DNA of 64,000 nucleotides from Dehalococcoidia bacterium (GCA_030619865.1 JAUXAP010000003.1:135-64134); one strand, 5' to 3'. Shown: positions 45,211 to 53,264, counted from the first letter of the stretch. Notes: a model not told the origin generated them from the sequence alone. Program-made: numbers and translations.

Positions 45211-45338
45211 GACTCCCCCCTTTCCTACGAATAATAGCACATATGTTCTATTATGGCTACAAAGTTTTGTCACCTTCTGAGCCTCATTTAAATTGATATT
45301 AGGGCATAAGTGGTATAGAATAGACTGGAATTTGAAAA

Positions 45339-46034
45339 ATGAATGTTGCCAAGCAACTTCACCAACTACAAGAGATTGACCTGGAACTTGAGTCTACTGA
45401 GCAGGCTCTTAAGCAAATTTCCAGCCAGCTTGGAGAAAGCCAGCCAGTAGTCAGTACCCGAGCTAAACTAGAATCAGAGCAACAGCATCTAGATGATTTG
45501 AAACGCCAGCAACACTCAGCCGAATGGGAAATAGATGACCTCACAGTCAAGATAACCACTGCCGAGGAAAAGCTCTACGGTGGCAAGATGACCAACCCTA
45601 AAGAGCTGGCTGACCTCCAGCATGATGTCGATAGCCTGAAAGCCAGACGTAACCAACTGGAAGATAAGACACTAGAGATAATGGACCAGGTTGAGCTTGC
45701 CACGGCAAGCGTAGCTAAGGTAAGCAGTAAGTTTGAGGCGTTGGAGACTGAATGGCACAGCCAGCAACAGAAGCTATCGGCTGAGATGGAACAACTTAAA
45801 AATAAACTATCTGACCTTAAACAGAAACGACAACCACTATCGGCTGAGATTGACCCTCAGACACTTGAGCTCTACGATGACCTCAAAAAACAAAAGGGGA
45901 CAGCCGTTGCCAAGATAGAACAGGGAATATGCCGCGGCTGCTCAATATCACTACCCATCAGCGAGTTGCAGCAGGCGAGGAGTGGCAACCCAGTACGCTG
46001 TAGTAGCTGCAGGCGTATTTTGTTCCTGGCCTGA
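45339..46034 (+). CDS. COG1579-type coiled-coil protein with C-terminal C4 zinc ribbon
   Basis: 231 aa. Long heptad region, then CRGCSISL...CSSCRRIL. Confidence 0.75.
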   Translation: MNVAKQLHQLQEIDLELESTEQALKQISSQLGESQPVVSTRAKLESEQQHLDDLKRQQHSAEWEIDDLTVKITTAEEKLYGGKMTNPKELADLQHDVDSLKARRNQLEDKTLEIMDQVELATASVAKVSSKFEALETEWHSQQQKLSAEMEQLKNKLSDLKQKRQPLSAEIDPQTLELYDDLKKQKGTAVAKIEQGICRGCSISLPISELQQARSGNPVRCSSCRRILFLA

Positions 46035-46447
46035 TGAAGAAAGTAATAATAAATACTGACGGTACCGCTGAGCCTAACCCGGGGCCAGCGGCTATTGGCG
46101 CCATCATAAGGGATGAGCAAGGCAAGGTCATTGCTACTATTTCTCAATCCATTGGTCGAGCAACCAGTAACCAAGCAGAATACAGGGCTGTCATTACCGC
46201 TCTGGAAACAGCCATCAGGTTAGGTGCCAGGCAAGTTACCCTTCGTTCAGACTCAGAGTTGGTGGTCAGACAGCTCAATAGACGATACCGGGTAAAGGCG
46301 GCAGCTCTTAAACCCTTATACCAACAAGTAAAGCAACTGTTAGGTCAACTCAGGGGCTTCACTATCACTCATATCCCACGTCAGCAAAACAGAGAGGCTG
46401 ATAACCTGGCTAATATAGCCCTGAAGCAATCTGGCACTACTCCCTAA
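46034..46447 (+). CDS. rnhA: ribonuclease H (type 1-like)
   Basis: 137 aa. INTDGTAEPNPGPAAIG...NQAEYRAVITALE...SDSELVV...READNLAN (DEDD residues). Confidence 0.8.
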   Translation: MKKVIINTDGTAEPNPGPAAIGAIIRDEQGKVIATISQSIGRATSNQAEYRAVITALETAIRLGARQVTLRSDSELVVRQLNRRYRVKAAALKPLYQQVKQLLGQLRGFTITHIPRQQNREADNLANIALKQSGTTP

Positions 46448-47696
46448 TAAGCGCCATCATGCCCAGCATTGCCATAAAGGCAAGGCCAGCCCCAAAGTAA
46501 AAGGGAGCCGCCGGGCTGACAGTCTGCCATAGCCAGCCAGCAATAAGACTAGCCGGCAAAAGGGTAAGCCCAACTACGCCATGATACAGACCATAAGCCG
46601 TGCCTCTCTTCTCTTCAGTTACCAAATCAGCCACAAAAGCCCGAGCTACCCCCTCGGCTATCCCATAATAAATTCCATAACCGGCAAAAAGCAGCCATAC
46701 CTGCCACACCTCTGATGCCAAGGCAAACCCCAGGTAAACCAGCACATAAATAAACCAGCCGAGGGTAATAACCCGCCGTCTACCCAGTTTGTCTGATAGC
46801 ATCCCGGCCGGCAAAGAAGTAATGGCATAGGTAACATTAAACACGACAAGCATTACTGCTACATAAATCACAGATACATCCAGATTCCAAGCCCGCAGGA
46901 TGACAAAGAAATCGCTGGAGTTGCCCAGGGTAAATACAGCCATAATCGCCAGAAACACCTTGAACCGAGCATCAAAGCCAGATGTTAAACGATTCCAAGC
47001 AGACCCCTGGTGAGAACTAGTAATTGGTGAGGGTTTCCTTTCTCGCTCACGAACGAAAATTAATAACACCAAGACCGCCAGCACTGCTGGAATGACACCA
47101 ACCAGCACCAGCCATTGATAGGTTCCCCGACTGAGTGCCAGTTCTCCACCCTGAACCAAATATATGATGATGGCGGCTATCGCCAGTCCGAGGACAGCAC
47201 CAGAGGTATCCATAGCCCGATGTAACCCAAAACCCTTGCCCCTTTCTTTAGCCAAGACAGAATCAGCAATCAGGGCATCACGTGATGAAGTGCGGATGCC
47301 CTTCCCCACCCTGTCGCTAAACCTGACCCCCAGCACAGCACCCCAGGTTGCAGCCAGATACATAAAGGGCTTAGCTATAGTGGAAATACTGTAGCCCAGC
47401 ACTGCCAGAAACTTGCGCTTGCCCACCTTATCGCTAAGCCAGCCGCTGAATATCCTGAAGATAGCATCAGTACTTTCCGACAAGCCCCCGATAAGACCGA
47501 CGATAGTGGTTGGTGTCTTCAGCACTTGTGCCAAAAAGAGGGGGACAAAGGTAAATATCATCTCGCTGCTGATGTCATTCAGCAGGCTGACCACACCCAG
47601 AAAGAATACATTAGGATGAAGGCTGAGAATCTTGCGCCGTCCCGGGTAGTCTCTATCATTAACCGATGGCTTCATAATTGTTACCCAGTATATCAC
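46437..47696 (-). CDS. MFS transporter
   Basis: 419 aa, about 12 TM helices, with the GWLSDKVGKRK loop motif. Confidence 0.85.
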   Translation of the reverse strand: MIYWVTIMKPSVNDRDYPGRRKILSLHPNVFFLGVVSLLNDISSEMIFTFVPLFLAQVLKTPTTIVGLIGGLSESTDAIFRIFSGWLSDKVGKRKFLAVLGYSISTIAKPFMYLAATWGAVLGVRFSDRVGKGIRTSSRDALIADSVLAKERGKGFGLHRAMDTSGAVLGLAIAAIIIYLVQGGELALSRGTYQWLVLVGVIPAVLAVLVLLIFVRERERKPSPITSSHQGSAWNRLTSGFDARFKVFLAIMAVFTLGNSSDFFVILRAWNLDVSVIYVAVMLVVFNVTYAITSLPAGMLSDKLGRRRVITLGWFIYVLVYLGFALASEVWQVWLLFAGYGIYYGIAEGVARAFVADLVTEEKRGTAYGLYHGVVGLTLLPASLIAGWLWQTVSPAAPFYFGAGLAFMAMLGMMALIRE

Positions 47697-47841
47697 CCCT
47701 CTGTCCGAGAGGATAGCGTATATATCAAAAGGCTATGATAGGTAAGAATCTGTGATTATGGTAGAAAAATACTCTATTCACACACAAAAATAGACTCCTT
47801 ATTTGACACCCTCTATTACTAACAGCTACAATATTTTCTGT

Positions 47842-47901
47842 GCCGAAGTAGCTCAGTTGGTAGAGCAGTAGACTGAAAATCGGCGTGTCCCCAGTTTGAT
47901 T
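47842..47901 (+). pseudogene. truncated, degenerate copy of tRNA-Phe (first ~60 nt) with its own promoter copy
   Basis: GCCGAAGTAGCTCAGTTGGTAGAGCAGTAGACTGAAAATCGGCGTGTCCCCAGTTTGATT aligns to tRNA-Phe 48754-48813 with 6 mismatches and lacks the 3' T-stem and acceptor. The upstream TTGACA-18-TACAAT (47803-47832) parallels 48716-48744. Confidence 0.8.
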
Positions 47902-47911
47902 AGGTTATGAA

Positions 47912-48664
47912 ATGGAACTAGACGTAATTTTGACCCACCAATCGCTCCCCAAGAATTTCGAAGGTGCCGTCTGTGCCGTGGTTGACGTTCTTCGTGCTAC
48001 CACTACCATAATAACGGCATTAGCCAATGGCGCCAGTGAGGTACAACCATGCATTGATGCCGAGGAGGCCAGGCAGAAAGCAAGAGGTACAAGCGATAAA
48101 CCATTCTTGCTTGGTGGTGAAATAAAAGGGTTGCGTGTACCCGGATTTGACCTAGGAAATTCTCCCGTCGAATACCTTGATTCGAGTCTTATTTCAGGCA
48201 AGGTAATTTACTTTTCGACAACTAATGGCACCTCAGCTATTCGCAGAGCTTATATCGGTAGTCATAATCCCGTATATATAGCCGCACTGGTCAATTTGTC
48301 TGCGGTATCATCGGCACTGCTCAAGGCAACTACTGATAATTCAGCCAGTACAATTCTTCTTCTATGCGCCGGGCGTCGCGGAGGACCGTCATTAGAAGAC
48401 CTCTTCTGTAATGGATTAATTCTGCAGAAATTAATACAGGAACTAAATCAAGCTGGTATCCCCCATAAATTACATGACGGCGCTGCAATAGCTATGGAAT
48501 TCTCGTCACTGAAAAAAGGGCAACCACTGGACGTGCTTAAGGCAACTGAACCCGGCCAGGGTTTACAAGAGCTGGGTTTCGCTGATGATTTAGAACTTGC
48601 CAGTCAAATAGATAAGTATCAAACTGTTCCTATCTTTGATGGCACAAAAATAACAGCCGCATAA
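47912..48664 (+). CDS. comB: 2-phosphosulfolactate phosphatase family protein
   Basis: 250 aa. VVDVLRATTTIITALANGA motif. Confidence 0.75.
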   Translation: MELDVILTHQSLPKNFEGAVCAVVDVLRATTTIITALANGASEVQPCIDAEEARQKARGTSDKPFLLGGEIKGLRVPGFDLGNSPVEYLDSSLISGKVIYFSTTNGTSAIRRAYIGSHNPVYIAALVNLSAVSSALLKATTDNSASTILLLCAGRRGGPSLEDLFCNGLILQKLIQELNQAGIPHKLHDGAAIAMEFSSLKKGQPLDVLKATEPGQGLQELGFADDLELASQIDKYQTVPIFDGTKITAA

Positions 48665-48753
48665 AAATCACGAATATATTCCACGAAATTTAGCCTTACT
48701 TAAAAACTCAGTTGCTTGACACAAATCTCACTAATAGCTACACTAATTCTTGT

Positions 48754-48829
<76 letters not shown>

Positions 48830-48838
48830 ATAAAATAG

Positions 48839-48913
48839 GCGGAAGTGGCTCAGCGGTAGAGCATCTCCTTGCCAAGGAGAGGGTCACGAGTTCGAATCTC
48901 GTCTTCCGCTCCA
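48839..48913 (+). tRNA. tRNA-Gly(GCC)
   Basis: GCGGAAG..TCTCC TTGCCAA GGAGA..ACGAG TTCGAAT CTCGT CTTCCGC T CCA. Confidence 0.95.
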
Positions 48914-49001
48914 GCCGAAGTGGCGGAATGGTAGACGCGGCAGTCTCAAAAACTGTTGGAGGGCAACCTCCATGTCGGTTCGAGTCCGACCTTCGGCACC
49001 A
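48914..49001 (+). tRNA. tRNA-Leu(CAA)
   Basis: Class II tRNA with the long variable arm TGGAGGGCAACCTCCAT and anticodon loop CTCAAAA. Starts directly after the CCA of tRNA-Gly. Confidence 0.95.
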
Positions 49002-49010
49002 AGACTAAAA

Positions 49011-49084
49011 TGCCGAGTTGTGTAGTGGTAGCACGGGGGACTTTGGATCCCTTAGCCCTGGTTCGAATCCAGGCTCGGCAGCCA
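49011..49084 (+). tRNA. tRNA-Gln(UUG)
   Basis: TGCCGAG..GGGGA CTTTGGA TCCCT..CCTGG TTCGAAT CCAGG CTCGGCA G CCA. Confidence 0.9.
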
Positions 49085-49128
49085 GCAAACTACATAGCAG
49101 TTGCTATCGGCAAATAAGGAGGTAGCCG

Positions 49129-50241
49129 ATGACCCCACAACAGTTTCCGCTAATTTCGGTCAAGGGCAAGCCCTTTGAGTGTGGTCGGCAGCACGGTTCC
49201 CAAGCTCGGAAGCAAATACGCCAAAATGTAGACCTTTACTTTGACCTCTGGCAACAACTGTGGGGAGCCAAGCGCCCCCAAGTTTTAGAGCAATGCCAAG
49301 GTTTTATCACTGCCATCGGGGAATATGACGCCGATATCCTGGAGGAGCTGGAAGGGATAGCCAAAGGGGCGGATTTATCCCTCGAGGAAATCATAGCTCT
49401 GAACACCAGATATGAGCTAAGCCGGGTAAGAAGCTCAACTTCTCAGTCGACAAGTGATGGCTGCACCGCTATGGCTGCCCTGCCCCAGGTTACCAAAGAC
49501 GGTCATACCATCATGGGGCAGAACTGGGATTTCAAGCCCAGGTTCTATGAGACGGGCATAATCCTGGAGGTAGAACAAGAAGCCAAGCCGAACCTGATTG
49601 TCCACACCGAAGCCGGCACTATATGCCACAAGGGTATGAATTCAGCAGGGGTGGGGGTATGCCTCAATGGCCTGGCATCAAATTTGGATAGATTCGAGCC
49701 GAGGACGCCCATTCTTATTATGATGCGGGGTATCCTCAATGCAAACAGCTTTGACCAAGCACTAAAGGCAGTCCTTGGTACCAGAGCCACCGTTTCCGCA
49801 AACCTCCTCATCGCCCACCGGGATGGCGAAGCTGTTAACCTGGAGATTATCCCAGAGGATGTAGACTGCCTGTATCCGGATAACGGCATCATTACTCATA
49901 GCAATCACTTTCTGGGCTTCACCAACCGGAAAGACTTGATAGATATCGTCAAGTCATCTTCCCCCGATACCCTATTCCGTGCCAACCGGGCACGACAACT
50001 TCTAGAGTTGGACCGTGGTCACATTGATGTTGGCAGCTTCCAGCGGGTGTTTAAGGACCACTTCAGCTATCCAAATTCCATTTGCCGTCATGTAGATGTT
50101 CAGAGAAAGGAACCACAGCAGGGAGCTACTTTGGCCTCAGCAATAATAGACATGACGGAGCAAACCTTCTATTTCACTAAGGGTCCTCCCTGCCAGAATG
50201 AGTACTACAAGCTGCTGCCGCCGTGCCTGCTCAAAGACTGA
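49129..50241 (+). CDS. peptidase C45 / acyl-CoA:6-APA acyltransferase-like Ntn hydrolase
   Basis: 370 aa. Self-processing-type DGCTAMAAL motif and family-typical length. Confidence 0.7.
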   Translation: MTPQQFPLISVKGKPFECGRQHGSQARKQIRQNVDLYFDLWQQLWGAKRPQVLEQCQGFITAIGEYDADILEELEGIAKGADLSLEEIIALNTRYELSRVRSSTSQSTSDGCTAMAALPQVTKDGHTIMGQNWDFKPRFYETGIILEVEQEAKPNLIVHTEAGTICHKGMNSAGVGVCLNGLASNLDRFEPRTPILIMMRGILNANSFDQALKAVLGTRATVSANLLIAHRDGEAVNLEIIPEDVDCLYPDNGIITHSNHFLGFTNRKDLIDIVKSSSPDTLFRANRARQLLELDRGHIDVGSFQRVFKDHFSYPNSICRHVDVQRKEPQQGATLASAIIDMTEQTFYFTKGPPCQNEYYKLLPPCLLKD

Positions 50242-50305
50242 TACAGGCCATTACTTCCCTTGTCATTCAACAGAGGAGAGGTTATAATTTCTGATGGTTG
50301 CCTCA

Positions 50306-50381
50306 TTCCTCGGTAGCTCAATGGTAGAGCGGGCGGCTGTTAACCGCTAGGTTGTAGGTTCGAGCCCTACCCGGGGAGCCA
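50306..50381 (+). tRNA. tRNA-Asn(GUU)-like with 8-nt anticodon loop CTGTTTAA
   Basis: All four arms are canonical and CCA is encoded, but the stem GGCGG/CCGCT encloses 8 nt. The gene is 76 nt where this architecture predicts 75. Confidence 0.8.
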
Positions 50382-50404
50382 GTTCTTTATAACTAGAGAG
50401 CTAA

Positions 50405-50974
50405 ATGAGAAAACGAAAGCTTTCGGTGTCAAGTGAACGTAGCGTTTATACCTATGGTTATCTTCGCAGCGCCGCTGATTTTACGCTAGAGCAGGCAGAA
50501 GAAACCGAAGATGGCAGTTTCCTCAACTGTATGGCCTCTATAATACTCTCGGCGTTCTGTATTGAGGCGTATCTCAACCACATTGGTAGCGAACTCCTTC
50601 CATATTGGGATAAAGAAATTAAGAAAGGACTCAGCGTACATAACAAACTCAAAATCATTTGCCATCATCTTAATTTGGTTCCCGATTACTCACGTGCTCC
50701 ATTCCAATCCTTCAAAAGCATTGTAAAGTACCGAAATCTATTGGCCCACGCAGAAACTGAAAAAATTACAGACCGAGGGACTCAAATAGTTCGTGATGGT
50801 GAGCGAGCGATATACCCCAAAACTTGGTGGGAAAAACACACTAATATCAAGACTGCCAAGCAATGGCTAGCCCATACCGAGTCCATAATTACTCAAATCC
50901 ATGGGGCTGCGGGGCGAGATATCCCCTTTGGGATACTGTCCGTAGGCGGCCACTTCGGTACGTTAGTCAAGTAA
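50405..50974 (+). CDS. HEPN-domain protein (putative RNase)
   Basis: 189 aa, helical. Rx4H motif in IVKYRNLLAHAE. N-terminal AFCIEAYLNHIG helix. Confidence 0.55.
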   Translation: MRKRKLSVSSERSVYTYGYLRSAADFTLEQAEETEDGSFLNCMASIILSAFCIEAYLNHIGSELLPYWDKEIKKGLSVHNKLKIICHHLNLVPDYSRAPFQSFKSIVKYRNLLAHAETEKITDRGTQIVRDGERAIYPKTWWEKHTNIKTAKQWLAHTESIITQIHGAAGRDIPFGILSVGGHFGTLVK

Positions 50975-50996
50975 TTCAGCTTAGCAGAGTAGCTCT

Positions 50997-51020
50997 CACA
51001 AGCCCCACGCCGCGAAACGG
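50997..51020 (+). repeat. core-motif copy A (degenerate 3' half)
   Basis: CACAAGCCCCACGCCGCGAAACGG, then diverges. Confidence 0.7.
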
Positions 51021-51083
51021 AATCCGCCCAAGTTCTAGGGAGCGCCACACACTGTATAGGTTTGCTGCTACTAACTTCCCCTT

Positions 51084-51449
51084 CTAATGTCTAACAAATG
51101 CTCTGGCTATTCCTTCAATAGTAGCGACACAAATATCTCTAAAGTACCTGATTATAAGCGGGGATGACAGCCTTTCAGCCTCTTTTATGCCTTCTTCGGT
51201 AAGCTGAATACTATCCGATGAAAGTAGCCTTTTCGTTCGGCTGGGCAAACGTCTTTTTATTATCTTCACCCATCCCCCGTCTATCATCCTTTCAACGGCA
51301 GCTAGTTGTGCTCCCCCATCTCCAATGTAAATACCGGAGCTACCTATTAGTTCCCAAGGTGTTATACCATATTGCTGTATTACTTCTTCCTCTTGAAATC
51401 GCCTGTAAAAATGCTTTAGAAGATGCTCAATAGTTTGACTTGCATTCAT
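51084..51449 (-). CDS. hypothetical protein
   Basis: 121-aa ORF. On the minus strand GGTGGTATAAT lies 6 nt before the ATG (leaderless candidate). No family recognised. Confidence 0.5.
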   Translation of the reverse strand: MNASQTIEHLLKHFYRRFQEEEVIQQYGITPWELIGSSGIYIGDGGAQLAAVERMIDGGWVKIIKRRLPSRTKRLLSSDSIQLTEEGIKEAERLSSPLIIRYFRDICVATIEGIARAFVRH

Positions 51450-51484
51450 ACCTTAATTATACCACCAATTAAATGTCTATTGAC

Positions 51485-51515
51485 CACAAACCCCACGCCG
51501 CGAAACGGGGCTTGC
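51485..51515 (+). repeat. core-motif copy B
   Basis: CACAAACCCCACGCCGCGAAACGGGGCTTGC. Confidence 0.8.
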
Positions 51516-51634
51516 TCAGTCTCAGATGAGTGCCATACGCCTCATAAGTGCACCTTCTCACATTTCACTATTGGGCGGAGCTCCACATTGATTGCTTTTA
51601 CCTGTCCTACTTCTTTGATGGCGGGTTGTTTCCT

Positions 51635-51751
51635 CTACCCCCCCGATGGATTACCGGTTCTACTCGGCCAGTTACCACCACCTTTTCCACCGCCTTTACC
51701 ACCGCTTGCGCCTCCACTGCTGCCTTTGCCTCCACTACTACCTTTACTCAT
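51635..51751 (-). CDS. 38-aa glycine-rich peptide MSKGSSGGKGSSGGASGGKGGGKGGGNWPSRTGNPSGG
   Basis: Not in the ORF track (shorter than 60 aa). ATG is preceded by AAAGGAGGTAGCA. A canonical minus-strand promoter lies ~45 nt upstream of the ATG. Confidence 0.45.
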   Translation of the reverse strand: MSKGSSGGKGSSGGASGGKGGGKGGGNWPSRTGNPSGG

Positions 51752-51793
51752 TGCTACCTCCTTTCAATGGCTTATTTCACATCATTACGCATG

Positions 51794-51896
51794 TGGGAGC
51801 TTGAGTTTAGTCCTCTTGTGAGGGCTTGTCAATACATAGATGGGCGATGCTTATCTGGTTTCATCCACAAGCCCCACGCCGTGAACTGGGGCTCGC
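51794..51896 (+). repeat. core-motif copy C with ~70-nt extended homology to copy D
   Basis: Core CACAAGCCCCACGCCGTGAACTGGGGCTCGC at 51866-51896. 51794-51865 aligns with 54430-54500. Confidence 0.8.
51804..51832 (-). promoter_or_regulatory. promoter TTGACA-17-TAAACT (minus strand) for the glycine-rich peptide
   Basis: Minus strand reads TTGACA agccctcacaagaggac TAAACT. Confidence 0.5.
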
Positions 51897-51934
51897 CCCG
51901 AGCTTTCCAGCGCTTACACTCCCTACCAACCCAA

Positions 51935-53140
51935 TTATCTCTGTTTCTGCACTGTCTCCTTCACAAAGTAAAAGCCAAATAAACTCGCAGCGGCCCAACC
52001 TGCCCAGAAAATAAAAGGCAAGCCTAGATTAATACCGGCTAAACTGTTACCCAGGGGAGGAGAAACAATACCACCTACCCGGGAAAAGGTCATAGCCAGC
52101 CCAAGGGCGGTTCCAGCATACATTGCTCCAACTCCCTCTTTCTCCGTAATCATGGTAATAATTACAGCCATAAACCCATCACGAGTGATGTTCGCCATTA
52201 TTACTAAGACCCACAGCATTGCGCCACCAACTACTGATAACAGAGCCACACTAATAGCAGTCACTAGCATAGCTCCAAAAAGAACTACTTTCCTTGAACC
52301 AAGCCTATCAGATAATAAGACCATTGGAATAGCGACCATCATGCTAGCTGAATTGGAGGCAGCTAATGCACCATCAGCACTGGCTGCCGTCCATCCAATC
52401 TCCCGCAGATAGAGTGGTAAGTAACCAATCATTCCTGTACTACAGGCCATTCGACCCAGAAGGATGAGTCCAAGCAACCACACACCTCTAATGCGAACTA
52501 CCCGCGATAGTGCCCGGCGAAACGGTACTGTGCTCACATAACCAGTCGGTGACTCAACCCGACTAGGTTCGCTTCGGGTTAGAAGCCAGAGGACGCTGAT
52601 TCCAATAGATACGGCACCATACAGGAACAAGACATTCCTCCATCCACCAAGTAAAGGTGACAGTATCGTGGCACTAATCATTGCCCCTACCGTAAATCCG
52701 AGTCCCATACCCAGTGATAGGATGCCGTTTGCTAACCCCAGTCGCCGTCCTGGGAACCATATGCCAGCGACCTTGTGAACATTGATAGGCGTACTCGCAT
52801 TCAAAAGGCCAAACAGGAACATGGTTACTGCCAAGCTAGTAAAGTTGTCTGATAACCCCCTCAGGGCACCAGCCAGTCCTGCCAAGAAACAGATTGTGCT
52901 AAGAGTACGTTTCACCCCAAACCGGTCACCCAGTAAACCACCAAGCAAGACAACAAACATACCAGCCAAGGGAATCATCGACCAGACCGTGCCTATCTGG
53001 ACCAGACTCAAGTCCAAATCCTCGGATATCTCCTTGAAGAGGACTGGCATGGACATCATTGGCATGGCGACAACGAATGTATGGGTTAATGCCGCCAAGG
53101 TAAGTATATACCACCTGTAATTTGACCTATTACTTTTCAA
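51935..53140 (-). CDS. MFS transporter
   Basis: 401 aa, about 12 TM helices, with the GGLLGDRFGVKR loop motif. Confidence 0.85.
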   Translation of the reverse strand: MKSNRSNYRWYILTLAALTHTFVVAMPMMSMPVLFKEISEDLDLSLVQIGTVWSMIPLAGMFVVLLGGLLGDRFGVKRTLSTICFLAGLAGALRGLSDNFTSLAVTMFLFGLLNASTPINVHKVAGIWFPGRRLGLANGILSLGMGLGFTVGAMISATILSPLLGGWRNVLFLYGAVSIGISVLWLLTRSEPSRVESPTGYVSTVPFRRALSRVVRIRGVWLLGLILLGRMACSTGMIGYLPLYLREIGWTAASADGALAASNSASMMVAIPMVLLSDRLGSRKVVLFGAMLVTAISVALLSVVGGAMLWVLVIMANITRDGFMAVIITMITEKEGVGAMYAGTALGLAMTFSRVGGIVSPPLGNSLAGINLGLPFIFWAGWAAASLFGFYFVKETVQKQR

Positions 53141-53218
53141 TATTAGTAATGCTCACTGCTGAAAATAATCCTCAGAAATGACAGACGAGGGGTCAGACAA
53201 TATCTCCTTCCCCTAGTG

Positions 53219-53264
53219 AACCGCAGTCACTAGGCTGCAGGTTCGAGTCCTACTCGGGGAGCCA
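53219..53264 (+). other. degenerate tRNA-Asn 3' half (att-like remnant)
   Basis: See the islet entry. One T-stem mismatch and a 6-nt insertion relative to 50342-50381. Confidence 0.6.

Larger units (their letters stand above)
43337..45273. mobile_element. prophage remnant: terminase small/large-like genes plus a small ORF
   Basis: Three overlapping minus-strand ORFs of phage type, wedged between hom and a COG1579/RNase H pair. No integrase or att seen. Confidence 0.5.
50382..53264. mobile_element. 2.9-kb islet bounded by tRNA-Asn and a degenerate copy of its 3' half
   Basis: 53219-53264 (AACCGC agtcac TAGGCTGCAGGTTCGAGTCCTACTCGGGGAGCCA) matches tRNA-Asn from the anticodon loop to CCA. No integrase is retained. 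Confidence 0.45.

Noticed and set aside
51794-51896. Invertible promoter switch (inverton): inverted repeats flanking a -35 box
   Set aside because: The arms are only 6-8 bp and 45 nt apart. That is far below typical inverton geometry, and no dedicated invertase is adjacent. It is reported only as covarying pairing within the repeat-family finding.
51423-51982. Proline/leucine-rich plus-strand ORFs (132 and 144 aa; PPLPPLAPPLLPLPP)
   Set aside because: They are the antisense reading of the Gly-rich peptide gene. They run straight through repeat copies B and C and two promoters, and have no SD or sensible start.
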